Below are positions 27,471 to 36,381 of a DNA stretch of 64,000 nt, one piece after another. This DNA comes from Chloroflexota bacterium. Its GTDB lineage: Bacteria > Chloroflexota > Anaerolineae > Anaerolineales > VGOW01. The stretch covers positions 5,844 to 69,843 of the forward strand of contig VGOW01000007.1 in NCBI GenBank assembly GCA_016875735.1, in the 5' to 3' direction. Within the stretch, counting starts at the first letter, position 1; the number at the start of each line of letters is the position of its first letter. Position numbers and translations under genes: made by a program. The notes beneath the pieces are model-generated. The model saw nothing but the letters and a program-made list of their open reading frames with translations, was not told the origin of the DNA and did not search any database.

Positions 27471-28400
27471 TCACCGTTTGGAGGCCAGCACGATGCCGCC
27501 GAGGATGAGCAGGCCGCCGAACAATTTGAGAGGCGCCGGTGTTTCGCCGAAGATGAAAAAGGCAAGAATGGTCGAGCCGATTGGCTCGCCGAGAATGGTG
27601 ACCGACACGTACGTAGCCGAGAGGTAACGCAATGCCCAATTGAACGCTGAGTGACCGATCAGTTGCGGCACCAGGGCGAGCAGCGCCATCCAAAAATAGG
27701 CGGCGGGCGAGTATCCGAAGAACGAGCGCCCGCTGAACAGCGCGGCAATAATGAGCGTGATGGCCGCGACTCCGTAGCAGAGAAAAATGTATGGGATGAG
27801 AGAAAGTTTGGCGCGCAATCGCCGCCCAATGAGCAGATATCCGGCCACCGTGATCGCGCCCGCCAGCGCGAGCAGATCGCCGATTATCGCGCGCCCCCGC
27901 GCGAACTCGGCGAGGGAGGGGCAGACGATTCCCTCGCGAGTGACAGCGCACGCGTCGGAGAGGCCCACCATCGCCCCGCCAGTCAGCGCTACGATCAACC
28001 CGGCGATCAACGGCTTGCCGAATTTCTCGCGCCACACGATCAGCGAGAACAAACCGACAAACAGCGGCGAGGTGGAAACGAACACTACCGAACTGGCAAC
28101 GGTAGTGTATTCGAGCGAGGTGATCCACGTACCGAAGTGCAAACCGAGGAAGAGGCCGGAGACGACGGCGACGGCAGAATCGCGGCGAGTGAGGCGGGTG
28201 AGCTCGGCGCGATGGCGAGTGAGGGCGATGGGCGCGAGGACGATAGAGGCAAAGGTGAGGCGATACGCGGCGATGATCAGCGAGGGCGCTTTCACATCTT
28301 GCGCGAGTTTGATGATGATGGAGGCCGCCGACACAGCCAGCACGCCGACGGCAATGCCGATGTATGGGTGAACGGCGGGACGGGGAGTGGAGAGGGACAT
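27471..28400 (-). CDS. EamA/DMT-superfamily transporter (10 TM)
   Basis: 309 aa with two EamA-like halves of about 5 TM each and typical G-rich ends of each half (..LGEPIGSTILAFFIFGE...GGLLILGGIVLAS). Confidence 0.85.
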   Translation of the reverse strand: MSLSTPRPAVHPYIGIAVGVLAVSAASIIIKLAQDVKAPSLIIAAYRLTFASIVLAPIALTRHRAELTRLTRRDSAVAVVSGLFLGLHFGTWITSLEYTTVASSVVFVSTSPLFVGLFSLIVWREKFGKPLIAGLIVALTGGAMVGLSDACAVTREGIVCPSLAEFARGRAIIGDLLALAGAITVAGYLLIGRRLRAKLSLIPYIFLCYGVAAITLIIAALFSGRSFFGYSPAAYFWMALLALVPQLIGHSAFNWALRYLSATYVSVTILGEPIGSTILAFFIFGETPAPLKLFGGLLILGGIVLASKR

Positions 28401-28421
28401 GACTCTGTGCGATATTGGCGT

Positions 28422-28818
<397 letters not shown>

Positions 28819-28893
28819 ACACCGACTCCATCATAGCATGGAACGCGCCGCGTTTTCTTCTCTGATAGAATAGCCGCATCAAGGAGCAGCCCC

Positions 28894-30306
28894 ATGAACA
28901 CAAACTCCCGCTCGCGCTGGCCCATCGCCGTTGCCGCACTCACACTCGGAATCGTCGCCTGCACCTGTGGCGGACTCGGCAACGCCGCGCCGACTCCCAC
29001 ACCGGCCTCGCCGCCCACACCCACACCGCCGCCCGCCGAAATTGCCGCCCCCACCAAACCACCCATCATCGGCGAAGGCACGGGCGGCGGCGGCGGACTC
29101 TCCATCATCAACGCCGTCGCCGCGCCGCGCAGTGATGGCGGCTGGCGGCTCATGGGCGAAGTCGCCAACAACTCCGACTCCGCCGCCAGCAGCCTCAGCC
29201 TCAACATCGAATGGTTCGATTCCAGCGGCGCATCGCTCGGCTCCGACACCGGCTACATTCTCACCACCAACGTTGCCCCCGGCGAATCCTCTCCCTTCCT
29301 CTACAACATTTACGATGCCGGAGTTCCGGTAGCCTCCTTCGCCGCCGAAGTCACCGAGTTCACCACCCTTCAAGATTTATCCCGCGCTTCCTTCGACATC
29401 GAACACGCCGTGCTCACCGTCGATGAATTCGGCGACTTCCACTGCACCGGCGAATTGGTGAACAACGGATCCGTGTCGGCCTCCCTCGAAGGACTCGCCG
29501 CCGCCATCGTCGACAGCAGCGGGGCGCTTGTCTCCGCCGATTCGTATTGGGCCGTCGCCCGGCATCTCGAACCCGGCGCGCGCACCCCCTTCCGAATCTC
29601 GCCACTCGGATTCAGCGGCGCGGCCGCCTCCGCCTACTCGTGCTCCGTTTACGTGGACGCCGTCACCGCCGACCCCATCGGCCTCAGCCCTGTAGCCTTT
29701 GTGGACACCAACGGCGATGGCGACAACGGCAACGACATCCTCTTCTACATTGACGCATTCGGCTCCAGCCATCTCGTCGGCGAGATCACCAACAATGGCA
29801 GTGAGCCAATGGCCGTGCAGCTCATCGCCGGGCTGTACAACGCCAACGGCGAGACCATCGACGCCGACTTTGCCAGCGCGCCCATCGCCCTCGATCCCGG
29901 CCAAACACTTCCCTTCGACTTCACCACCCTCTCGGCCATCAACTATAACGAAGCCCTGCGCGGCGAAGTATCGCGCTTCTTCGTGCTGATCGATCCGTTC
30001 TGGACTTTCCCCACTTTCACTCAGCAAGTGCAGCTCCAGCCGCAGAACGGCTCGGCCAGCAACGACAACGGCACGGTCGTCGAAACGGTGGACATCTTCA
30101 ACGATCAAACATTCAACGTTGACTATGCCTATGTGCTGGTCAAAGTCACCGATGCCTCCGGACAAGTCGTGGGGTATAGCTTCACCAGCACCGACCCCAT
30201 CACCGCCGGAGCGTCGGTAAGCGCCAGCGTCACATTGTATGTTGATCCCGCGCTCGATCCGTCAACCCTCACCGTCACCGTCACCGCATACGCCCTCAAA
30301 CCATAA
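28894..30306 (+). CDS. Lipoprotein with four tandem beta-rich (CARDB/FxLYD-like) repeats
   Basis: Lipobox LTLGIVAC followed by a PT-rich linker. Then four ~90-100-aa repeats, three carrying GE[VLI]xNN[SG] (GEVANNS, GELVNNGS, GEITNNGS), with PG..xPF in repeats 1-3. Confidence 0.7.
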   Translation: MNTNSRSRWPIAVAALTLGIVACTCGGLGNAAPTPTPASPPTPTPPPAEIAAPTKPPIIGEGTGGGGGLSIINAVAAPRSDGGWRLMGEVANNSDSAASSLSLNIEWFDSSGASLGSDTGYILTTNVAPGESSPFLYNIYDAGVPVASFAAEVTEFTTLQDLSRASFDIEHAVLTVDEFGDFHCTGELVNNGSVSASLEGLAAAIVDSSGALVSADSYWAVARHLEPGARTPFRISPLGFSGAAASAYSCSVYVDAVTADPIGLSPVAFVDTNGDGDNGNDILFYIDAFGSSHLVGEITNNGSEPMAVQLIAGLYNANGETIDADFASAPIALDPGQTLPFDFTTLSAINYNEALRGEVSRFFVLIDPFWTFPTFTQQVQLQPQNGSASNDNGTVVETVDIFNDQTFNVDYAYVLVKVTDASGQVVGYSFTSTDPITAGASVSASVTLYVDPALDPSTLTVTVTAYALKP

Positions 30307-30380
30307 CCGATCACTGCTCCTCGCCGCCAACCCCTTCACGAAGTTCGCGCGCGCCGCGAACTTCGCGAATCGCTCTCCCA

Positions 30381-33300
30381 ATGCGCCGCCTCATCGCTCC
30401 GCTGGCAGTCACCCTCTTTGCCCTCTTTGCCGCGCAGCCCCTCTTCACCGCCCAGCTCACCTGCTCCGACGATAGCGCCTTCCACATTGGCCGCGCGGTG
30501 ATGCTGGAGCAGTTGATCGACTCCGGCCATTTTTTTCCCCGCTGGTCGCCGCACATGGCGCACGGCTATGGTTATCCATTCTTCAATTACTACGGCGCAC
30601 TGTCGTCATACCTTCTCGTTGCCCTGCACAAACTCGGCTTCATCTATCCGCTCGCCCTGCACATCGCCTTCGGCCTCTGCCTGTGGCTCGCCGGGTTGTC
30701 AACCTACGCCTTCGTTCGCGAGTGGTGCGGCGATGCCGCCGGAGTCGTTTCTGCCGTTGCCTACATCACAGCGCCTTACTTTGCTTACGATCTCCTCTTT
30801 CGCGGCAACCTCGCCGAATCGCTCGCCCTCGCCCTCCTGCCGCTCGCCCTCTTTACCCTCCATCGCTCGGTGAACTCCAAACCTCAAACCCCAAACTCCC
30901 AACCAATTTTTGAAGTTGGGAGTTTGAAATTTGGATTTTGGAATTTGCTCGCCTCCGCGAGCCTTGCCGCCCTCCTCTACACCCACAACGCCACCTCGTT
31001 GGCCGCCGCCCCTCTCTTCATCGGATACGTCGCCCTCATTGCATATCTTCATCGGGATCCGCGCGCGCTCCTTCGCGGTGGGCTGATCCTTCTGCTCGGC
31101 CTCGCCCTCTCCGCCGCCTTTTGGCTCCCCGCCCTCGCCGAGATCAACCTCGTCCAAACCGACCGCCTCCTCGTCCCGCCCATCTTCACTTATTACACAA
31201 ATTACCTCTCGCCCGCCGAATTACTCGCCCCGCCCATCCCCATCGATCCGCTTCTCATCAATCCATCGCCCGCCAAAGCGCTCGGGCTCGCCACCGCCAT
31301 CCTTGCCATCATCGGCCTCATCGCCCTTCTGCGCCGCACCCCTTTGAAGTTTGAAGTTTGGAGTTTGCCCTTTGGCTTTTTCTTCGCCACATTCCTCCTC
31401 ACTTACGCCGCCCTCACCCTCGCCCCCTCGCGCCCTCTATGGGACACCGTCCCCCTGATCAAATTCATCCAATTCCCGTGGCGCTTCCTCGGCCCGACAA
31501 CATTGTGCGCCGCCGCCCTCGTCGGCGCCGGAGTCCACTGGCTATCCAATCGTCAATGGCTGGCCGCTGGCTTCATCGCCGCTGTCATCTCCATCGGCAA
31601 TCTTTCGTGGTGGTATCCGCGCTACTGTGTCGGCTTCACCGAATCCACTCTCGCCGATATTCTGAAATTCGAATACGACTCCGCCACCATCGGCACCACT
31701 GCCAAAGGCGAATATCTCCCGCGCACCGTTCGCGCCGTTCCCGGCGACGAGGGCATTGCTCAAGCATGGATGCGCGGCGAACCGCCGCAATACATTACCG
31801 GCCTCCCCTCGGACTCGACACTCACCATCGTTCATCCCGATCCGCTCGACTACCGCGCAACCGTCACCGTGTCCGCGCCCATCACCCTCACCTTCAACCA
31901 ATTCTTCTTTCCCGGCTGGACGGCGACTCTCGACAACCGCCCCGCCGACATCACCCTCACCGCCGACACCGGACTCATCACCGTGCGCGTCCCCGCTGGC
32001 GCACACGAACTGCGCTTCCGCTTCGGCAACACACCCCTCCGCGCCATCGCCGCAGCCATTTCAATCATCGCTCTTGCATATCTAGCATTCAGCATTCAGC
32101 GCTCAGCGTTCAGCGTTCAGCATTCCGCGTCCAGCATTCCGCATTCCGCATTCAGCATTCCGCATTCCGCATTCGTCATCCTCCCCCTCGCCCTCATCCT
32201 CCTCCGCCCTCTCATCATCGACCGCACCATCAATCCCCTCCGCCGCTCGTCATTCGACGACCCAACGATCACCATCGGCCAGCCCGTCAACGCCAACTTC
32301 TCCAGCGGCCTCACCGCGCTCTCCGTCGAGTTTCCGTCCCCCGTCGCTTCCGGCGCCGAGTTCGACGTGACTCTTTACGCCGCGCCGCGCACGCGCATCG
32401 AAAACGACTATCGCCCTCGCTTCGATGTCGTCTCTGCCGACGGATTGATTTGGAACAACGGCGCCGACTCGCTTCCCCCGCGCTGGCATCGCGAGCCGCC
32501 CGGCACGCAATACTGGCCGGTGGGGCAATACGCACAGTGGGCGCGGCGCGAAATGATTCTGCCCGGCACGCCGCCCGGGGATTATGAACTCGCCGCCACC
32601 ATTTTCGATCTTGCTACCCTCGCGCCCGACAGCGTGATCGACACCGACGGCAAGGCGCTCGCGCCCGTCGCCGCGCTCGGAACGATTCACATCACCCGCC
32701 CCGCCGCCCCGCCCGATCCCGCCGACCTCAACATCGAGCGCCGCGTCGATCACGACTTCGGCCCGATCACGCTTCTCGGCTACAACCTCGACCGCGCCGA
32801 AGCCCGCCCCGGCGACGCCGCCCTCATCACCCTCTTCCTCCGCGCCGACGATGCGATGCTCGCAAACTTAAAGTTCAATCTGTTCGATCCGGCCTACCCC
32901 ACGTCGGAATGGTTGCCGGGCGATGTGTGGCGGTTCCAGATTCTGAAACGCATCCCGGCAGAGGCGGAGTCCGGCCCGTTTCGATTCAACTTGAGTCTCG
33001 CCGACTCTGACTCTCGATCCATCGATCTCGCCCCTATTATCCTCACTGCGCCCGACCGCGTTTTCGATCCGCCCCTCATCGGCAACCGGACTGCGATTCG
33101 GTTCGGCGACTCGATCCGACTCGCCGGATACGACCTCACGACGACCGACGCGCTGAACATCATTCTGTTGTGGCGCGCGCTCGCCACGCCCGATTCCGAT
33201 CTCATCGCCTTCATTCACATCGAAGATGTGTCGGGGCAAGTCGTGGCGCAGTCAGACGCCGTGCCCGCCAATTGGAGTCGGCCCACCACCGGCTGGCTGG

Positions 33301-33452
33301 CGGGCGAATACATTCTCGATCCGCGCGCGCTGCCCGCGCTGCCATCCGGCGAATACACGATCTTCGTCGGCCTCGCCGACCGAATCACCGGCGCGCGCTT
33401 GCCCACCGCCGAGGGCGACCGCGCCATGGTTGGGGTTTACAAAGCGCCGTGA
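30381..33452 (+). CDS. Large polytopic membrane protein, GT-C-like / COG5617-like (putative glycosyltransferase) with soluble C-terminal half
   Basis: 1023 aa. N-terminal about 13 TM with the FHIGRAVMLEQLIDSGHFFPRWSPHMAHGYGYPFFNYYG motif, which I recall from YfhO/PTPS-related membrane proteins. It contains three in-frame simple-repeat insertions. Confidence 0.7.
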   Translation: MRRLIAPLAVTLFALFAAQPLFTAQLTCSDDSAFHIGRAVMLEQLIDSGHFFPRWSPHMAHGYGYPFFNYYGALSSYLLVALHKLGFIYPLALHIAFGLCLWLAGLSTYAFVREWCGDAAGVVSAVAYITAPYFAYDLLFRGNLAESLALALLPLALFTLHRSVNSKPQTPNSQPIFEVGSLKFGFWNLLASASLAALLYTHNATSLAAAPLFIGYVALIAYLHRDPRALLRGGLILLLGLALSAAFWLPALAEINLVQTDRLLVPPIFTYYTNYLSPAELLAPPIPIDPLLINPSPAKALGLATAILAIIGLIALLRRTPLKFEVWSLPFGFFFATFLLTYAALTLAPSRPLWDTVPLIKFIQFPWRFLGPTTLCAAALVGAGVHWLSNRQWLAAGFIAAVISIGNLSWWYPRYCVGFTESTLADILKFEYDSATIGTTAKGEYLPRTVRAVPGDEGIAQAWMRGEPPQYITGLPSDSTLTIVHPDPLDYRATVTVSAPITLTFNQFFFPGWTATLDNRPADITLTADTGLITVRVPAGAHELRFRFGNTPLRAIAAAISIIALAYLAFSIQRSAFSVQHSASSIPHSAFSIPHSAFVILPLALILLRPLIIDRTINPLRRSSFDDPTITIGQPVNANFSSGLTALSVEFPSPVASGAEFDVTLYAAPRTRIENDYRPRFDVVSADGLIWNNGADSLPPRWHREPPGTQYWPVGQYAQWARREMILPGTPPGDYELAATIFDLATLAPDSVIDTDGKALAPVAALGTIHITRPAAPPDPADLNIERRVDHDFGPITLLGYNLDRAEARPGDAALITLFLRADDAMLANLKFNLFDPAYPTSEWLPGDVWRFQILKRIPAEAESGPFRFNLSLADSDSRSIDLAPIILTAPDRVFDPPLIGNRTAIRFGDSIRLAGYDLTTTDALNIILLWRALATPDSDLIAFIHIEDVSGQVVAQSDAVPANWSRPTTGWLAGEYILDPRALPALPSGEYTIFVGLADRITGARLPTAEGDRAMVGVYKAP
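30875..30947. repeat. Heptad-periodic palindrome inserted in-frame in a CDS
   Basis: ctccaaa cctcaaa ccccaaa ctcccaa ccaattt ttgaagt tgggagt ttgaaat ttggatt ttggaat. The perfect 12-bp core caaactcccaac (30892..30903) pairs with gttgggagtttg (30915..30926). It encodes SKPQTPNSQPIFEVGSLKFGFWNL. Confidence 0.8.
31343..31375. repeat. Half-element of the same word family (ttgaagt/ttggagt) inside the CDS
   Basis: tttgaagtttgaagtttggagtttgccctttgg encodes PLKFEVWSLPFG. Its words match the right arm of the 30875..30947 element. Confidence 0.6.
32085..32175. repeat. 13 tandem degenerate heptamers (AGCATTC/CGCATTC) inside the CDS
   Basis: agcattc agcattc agcgctc agcgttc agcgttc agcattc cgcgtcc agcattc cgcattc cgcattc agcattc cgcattc cgcattc. 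It is translated with a 7-aa period (FSIQRSA FSVQHSA SSIPHSA FSIPHSA). Confidence 0.85.
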
Positions 33453-33473
33453 GTCGGGTAAAATGCCGTCACC

Positions 33474-33500
33474 GTAGGACAAGTTGCCAACTTGTCCTAC
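33474..33500. other. Perfect 12-bp palindromic hairpin between the membrane-protein gene and rpsT
   Basis: GTAGGACAAGTT-GCC-AACTTGTCCTAC lies 22 nt after the stop at 33452 and 26 nt before the rpsT GTG. Only a weak T tract (ACATTTGTT) follows it. Confidence 0.5.
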
Positions 33501-33525
33501 ACATTTGTTAGAAGGAGAAACATTC

Positions 33526-33798
33526 GTGGCAAACACTCAATCTGCACAGAAGCGCATTCGCTCCAACGCCCGCAAAGCGCTGCGCAACAAAGTTCGCAAA
33601 TCGCGCGTGCGCACGGCGGTGAAGGGCGCGCGCGACTCGCTCGACGAAGCCAACGCCGCCGAAGCGCGCAAAGCCGTGCTGGCCGCTGTAAGCGAATTGG
33701 ACAAAGCCGCCGAGACCGGCGTCATTCACAAAAACAACGCCGCCCGCCGCAAAGGCCGGTTGATGAAAAAACTGGCCGCGCTCGAAGCCAAGAAATAG
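33526..33798 (+). CDS. rpsT: 30S ribosomal protein S20
   Basis: [32 protein letters not shown]...[19 protein letters not shown]. Start reassigned to GTG 33526, preceded by GAAGGAG (33511..33517). Confidence 0.93.
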   Translation: MANTQSAQKRIRSNARKALRNKVRKSRVRTAVKGARDSLDEANAAEARKAVLAAVSELDKAAETGVIHKNNAARRKGRLMKKLAALEAKK

Positions 33799-33814
33799 CC
33801 GCCCCCTTTACAGC

Positions 33815-33848
33815 AAAAGGCCGCTGTCAAAAAGACAGCGGCCTTTTT
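33815..33848 (+). terminator. Intrinsic terminator of rpsT
   Basis: AAAAGGCCGCTGTC-AAAAA-GACAGCGGCCTTTTT, a 10-bp GC-rich stem followed by a T5 run. Confidence 0.85.
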
Positions 33849-33930
33849 GATTCTTGTGGAATTTTAAGGCTCGCCCATTGACTAGGACATCTGTTCTATG
33901 CTACAGTAATCGCAACCCTCCCCCCAACAC

Positions 33931-33966
33931 GGTCGCCGCCGTATCCGCGCGGGTACGGTGGCGACC
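33931..33966 (+). other. Strong GC hairpin in the leader of the FtsK-like gene
   Basis: GGTCGCCGCCGTATCC-GCGC-GGGTACGGTGGCGACC forms about 16 bp (two G.U pairs) with a tetraloop and no T-run. A second hairpin, CCGGATTTCACTTCGA/TCGAGTTGAATCCGG, ends 3 nt before ATG 34057. Confidence 0.5.
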
Positions 33967-34056
33967 CCCGCCCGCCGCCGAACGCGCCTCGCTTCAACTT
34001 TCCTTCTCGCCAGCCCGCGTCCGGATTTCACTTCGAGGGTCGAGTTGAATCCGGCG

Positions 34057-35118
34057 ATGGCTCACTCACTCTCACGCGAAATGATGGAGTTCCAATCGGA
34101 CAGGATCGAGGCTGTGCTGGCCTCGCACCGAATCCCGATCCGAGTCCACGGGGGCATCGTCTCGCCATCATGGATTCGGTTTCACTTCACCGCCGCGCCC
34201 ACCGCCAAAGTGAGCAGTATCCGCAACCTCACCGAAGAGATCGCGCTGGCGTTGGGCGCTCCGGCCGTCCGCATTGCGCGAGAAGGCAACGTGTTAGCCA
34301 TCGAAGTTCCCCGCAACGACAAACAACCTCTGCGACTTTTGCCGCTATTGAGGCGCACATTCAGCACGATCGGTATTCAGCCCATCACCGCGTGTGTCGG
34401 GTTGACGCAGGACGGGCGCCCGCTGATGATCCGTTTGCCCGCGCCCGATGTGTCGCACGTGTTGGTGGCCGGAGCCACCGGCTCCGGCAAAACCGAATTG
34501 ATGCGCGCGTTGCTACTCAGCCTCGCCGTGGGCAACCGCCAGCACAAACTGCAGCTCGCGCTCATCGATCCGAAATCGCGCGGCTTCGGGCCGCTCGCGT
34601 TCCTGCCGCACCTCCTCGCCCCCATCGCCTCCGACACACTCTCCGCCGCCGCGCTCCTCGAAAGATTGATTGTCGAAATGGATCGGCGCGACGCCGAGGG
34701 CATCTCATCGCCGCGCATTGTGATTGCCATTGACGAAGTGGTGGATTTGCTGATGACCGGCGGCAAGCCGGTGGAGACGGCGCTCACGCGCATTGCCCAG
34801 CGCGGGCGCGAAGCCGGGTTGCATCTCATCGTCGGCGCGCAGAAGCCGGCCTCTGCCGTGTTAGGGCCGCACCTCAAAGCCAACCTGCCAGTGAGGCTCG
34901 TGGGGCGTGTGGGCAGTGTGGAAGACGCGCGAGTAGCGAGCGGGGTTTCGGGCAGTAGCGCAGAGAAGTTAACCGGCGCCGGAGATTTCATCGCCGTGTT
35001 CGGCGGGCAGGCCATTCACTTTCAATCGGCCTTCGCCTCGCCGGGCGACCTCGTCGAGTTCCGCCGAATCATTCACGGGCAAACCCCTCTGCTCACTGCT
35101 CCCAAAAACGAGTCATGA
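34057..35118 (+). CDS. FtsK/SpoIIIE-family ATPase, motor (alpha-beta) domains only
   Basis: Walker A VLVAGATGSGKTELM and Walker B IVIAIDEVVDL, with IVGAQKP...VRLVGRV typical of the FtsK beta domain. There is no N-terminal TM region and no gamma (winged-helix) domain. Start set at MAHSLSREMM. Confidence 0.8.
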   Translation: MAHSLSREMMEFQSDRIEAVLASHRIPIRVHGGIVSPSWIRFHFTAAPTAKVSSIRNLTEEIALALGAPAVRIAREGNVLAIEVPRNDKQPLRLLPLLRRTFSTIGIQPITACVGLTQDGRPLMIRLPAPDVSHVLVAGATGSGKTELMRALLLSLAVGNRQHKLQLALIDPKSRGFGPLAFLPHLLAPIASDTLSAAALLERLIVEMDRRDAEGISSPRIVIAIDEVVDLLMTGGKPVETALTRIAQRGREAGLHLIVGAQKPASAVLGPHLKANLPVRLVGRVGSVEDARVASGVSGSSAEKLTGAGDFIAVFGGQAIHFQSAFASPGDLVEFRRIIHGQTPLLTAPKNES

Positions 35119-35441
35119 CTCTGCGCTGGATATTTCTCACTGCCGTCGCGGCCTTCGCCATTACTGCGGCAATCATCATCGGCCAGCGGTTGAACGGCGA
35201 AGCATTGGCAATGCTGATGGGCGCAGTCGTCGGCGTGGTTGCCAGCCTGCCCGGACACTACTTTCTGTATCGCGTCGCCAATCGGACACAAGCGCCGCCT
35301 CCCGCTCCGGCATTACCGACGCACACCCCCCTCTCCATCACCCTGCCCCAACCGTTGCCTCGCGGGGAGTCCGATACCCCTTCTCTTCAACCGCGCCGCT
35401 TCATCTCCATCGGCGAAGATACCGCCGAAGTGATTCGGTAA
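35115..35441 (+). CDS. Small 2-TM membrane protein, translationally coupled to the FtsK-like gene
   Basis: ATGA overlap at 35115..35118. Two hydrophobic helices (IFLTAVAAFAITAAIIIG and AMLMGAVVGVVASLPG) are followed by a Pro-rich tail. Confidence 0.5.
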   Translation: MTLRWIFLTAVAAFAITAAIIIGQRLNGEALAMLMGAVVGVVASLPGHYFLYRVANRTQAPPPAPALPTHTPLSITLPQPLPRGESDTPSLQPRRFISIGEDTAEVIR

Positions 35442-35448
35442 AACAAAA

Positions 35449-35476
35449 CCGCCGAGTCGAGAGATCGACTCGGCGG
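35449..35476 (-). terminator. Intrinsic terminator (T-run on the minus strand)
   Basis: CCGCCGAGTCGA-GAGA-TCGACTCGGCGG. On the minus strand it is followed by TTTTGTTTT. It lies between convergent genes ending at 35441 and 35502. Confidence 0.7.
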
Positions 35477-35501
35477 CGAAACTCAAACTCCAACTCTCAA
35501 C

Positions 35502-36176
35502 TCACTTCTCTTCCGTGCCCGCATCCAACCGATAGCCCTGCCCGCGCAGTGTTTTGAGATAGCGCGGCTTCACCGGGTTCGGCTCAATCACCGATCTCAG
35601 CCAACTGACATGCACATCGAGCGTGCGGGTATCGCCAGTGTAGTCGGTGTCCCACACTTGCTTGATCAGCGTTTTGCGCGAAACCACTTCGCCCGCGTGG
35701 CGCATCAGCACTTCGAGCAGTTTGGACTGTTTCGGCGTGAGGCGCTCCTCGCGCGGGCCGCATTTCACTTTGCGTTGAGCCAAGTTGAGTTTGATGGGCC
35801 CCACTTGCATCGAAGCCCCGTCGCCGGCAGGCAAGAGGCGGTTGACTCCGTTGAGCAGTTTGCGCGCCGTGAACGGATGACGAAGGATCAGATCGGCGCC
35901 GCTGTTTTCATCGAGCGCCGTCTTCCTGTCCACCACCAGCAGAATACGAACATAAGCAAGCGACTTGCGAAGATCGCGGCACATGCGCGCTCCGCTCATT
36001 TTGAGCGAGGCGGCATCCACCACAATGACATCGGGAGAAGAGCCGTTTGCCCGGACCACCGCATCGGCAGTGGAGTGAGCGACGATGAGGCGATAGCCGC
36101 GCTTCTCAAGCGCCGGAGCGAACGAAGGCACGCTTGCTTTATCACTCTCAACAAGCAGAACTGGTGCGCCGGTCAT
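35502..36176 (-). CDS. OmpR/PhoB-family response regulator (orphan)
   Basis: Receiver (VLLVESDK...VIVVDAASLKMSG) plus winged-helix domain (LTPKQSKLLEVLMRHAGEVVSRKTLIKQVWDTDYTGDTRTLDVHVSWLR...YLKTLRGQGYRL). Start at MTGAPVLL. Confidence 0.8.
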   Translation of the reverse strand: MTGAPVLLVESDKASVPSFAPALEKRGYRLIVAHSTADAVVRANGSSPDVIVVDAASLKMSGARMCRDLRKSLAYVRILLVVDRKTALDENSGADLILRHPFTARKLLNGVNRLLPAGDGASMQVGPIKLNLAQRKVKCGPREERLTPKQSKLLEVLMRHAGEVVSRKTLIKQVWDTDYTGDTRTLDVHVSWLRSVIEPNPVKPRYLKTLRGQGYRLDAGTEEK

Positions 36177-36343
36177 AGATACATCCCTGAGCAGTGTTGG
36201 AGAAAAGAAGAGGCAGATCGAAACGACTGGGTGTGCGTGCTTCGACTGCCTTAAGGTTGAGGCGATCATACCACGTCCGACGCGTATCGCAAGTACCACT
36301 TAAGTTTCACTTCTGTTGCTGAGCCGCAACACGATGGCGGCGA

Positions 36344-36372
36344 TTGTTCATTCGCCGCTCTTCTTGTACAAT
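36344..36372 (+). promoter_or_regulatory. Candidate sigma-70-type promoter giving a near-leaderless PfkB-kinase mRNA
   Basis: TTGTTC (36344..36349), a 17-nt spacer, then TACAAT (36367..36372). ATG 36382 lies 9 nt after the -10 element and there is no RBS in between. Confidence 0.35.
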
Positions 36373-36381
36373 CGCCCGCCA

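Noticed and set aside
33958-34056. ORF-track start (33958) of the FtsK-like gene
   Set aside because: The first 33 codons are Arg/Pro/Ser-rich and lie within or just after the strong leader hairpin (33931..33966). MAHSLSREMM at 34057 begins the recognisable FtsK alpha-domain region.
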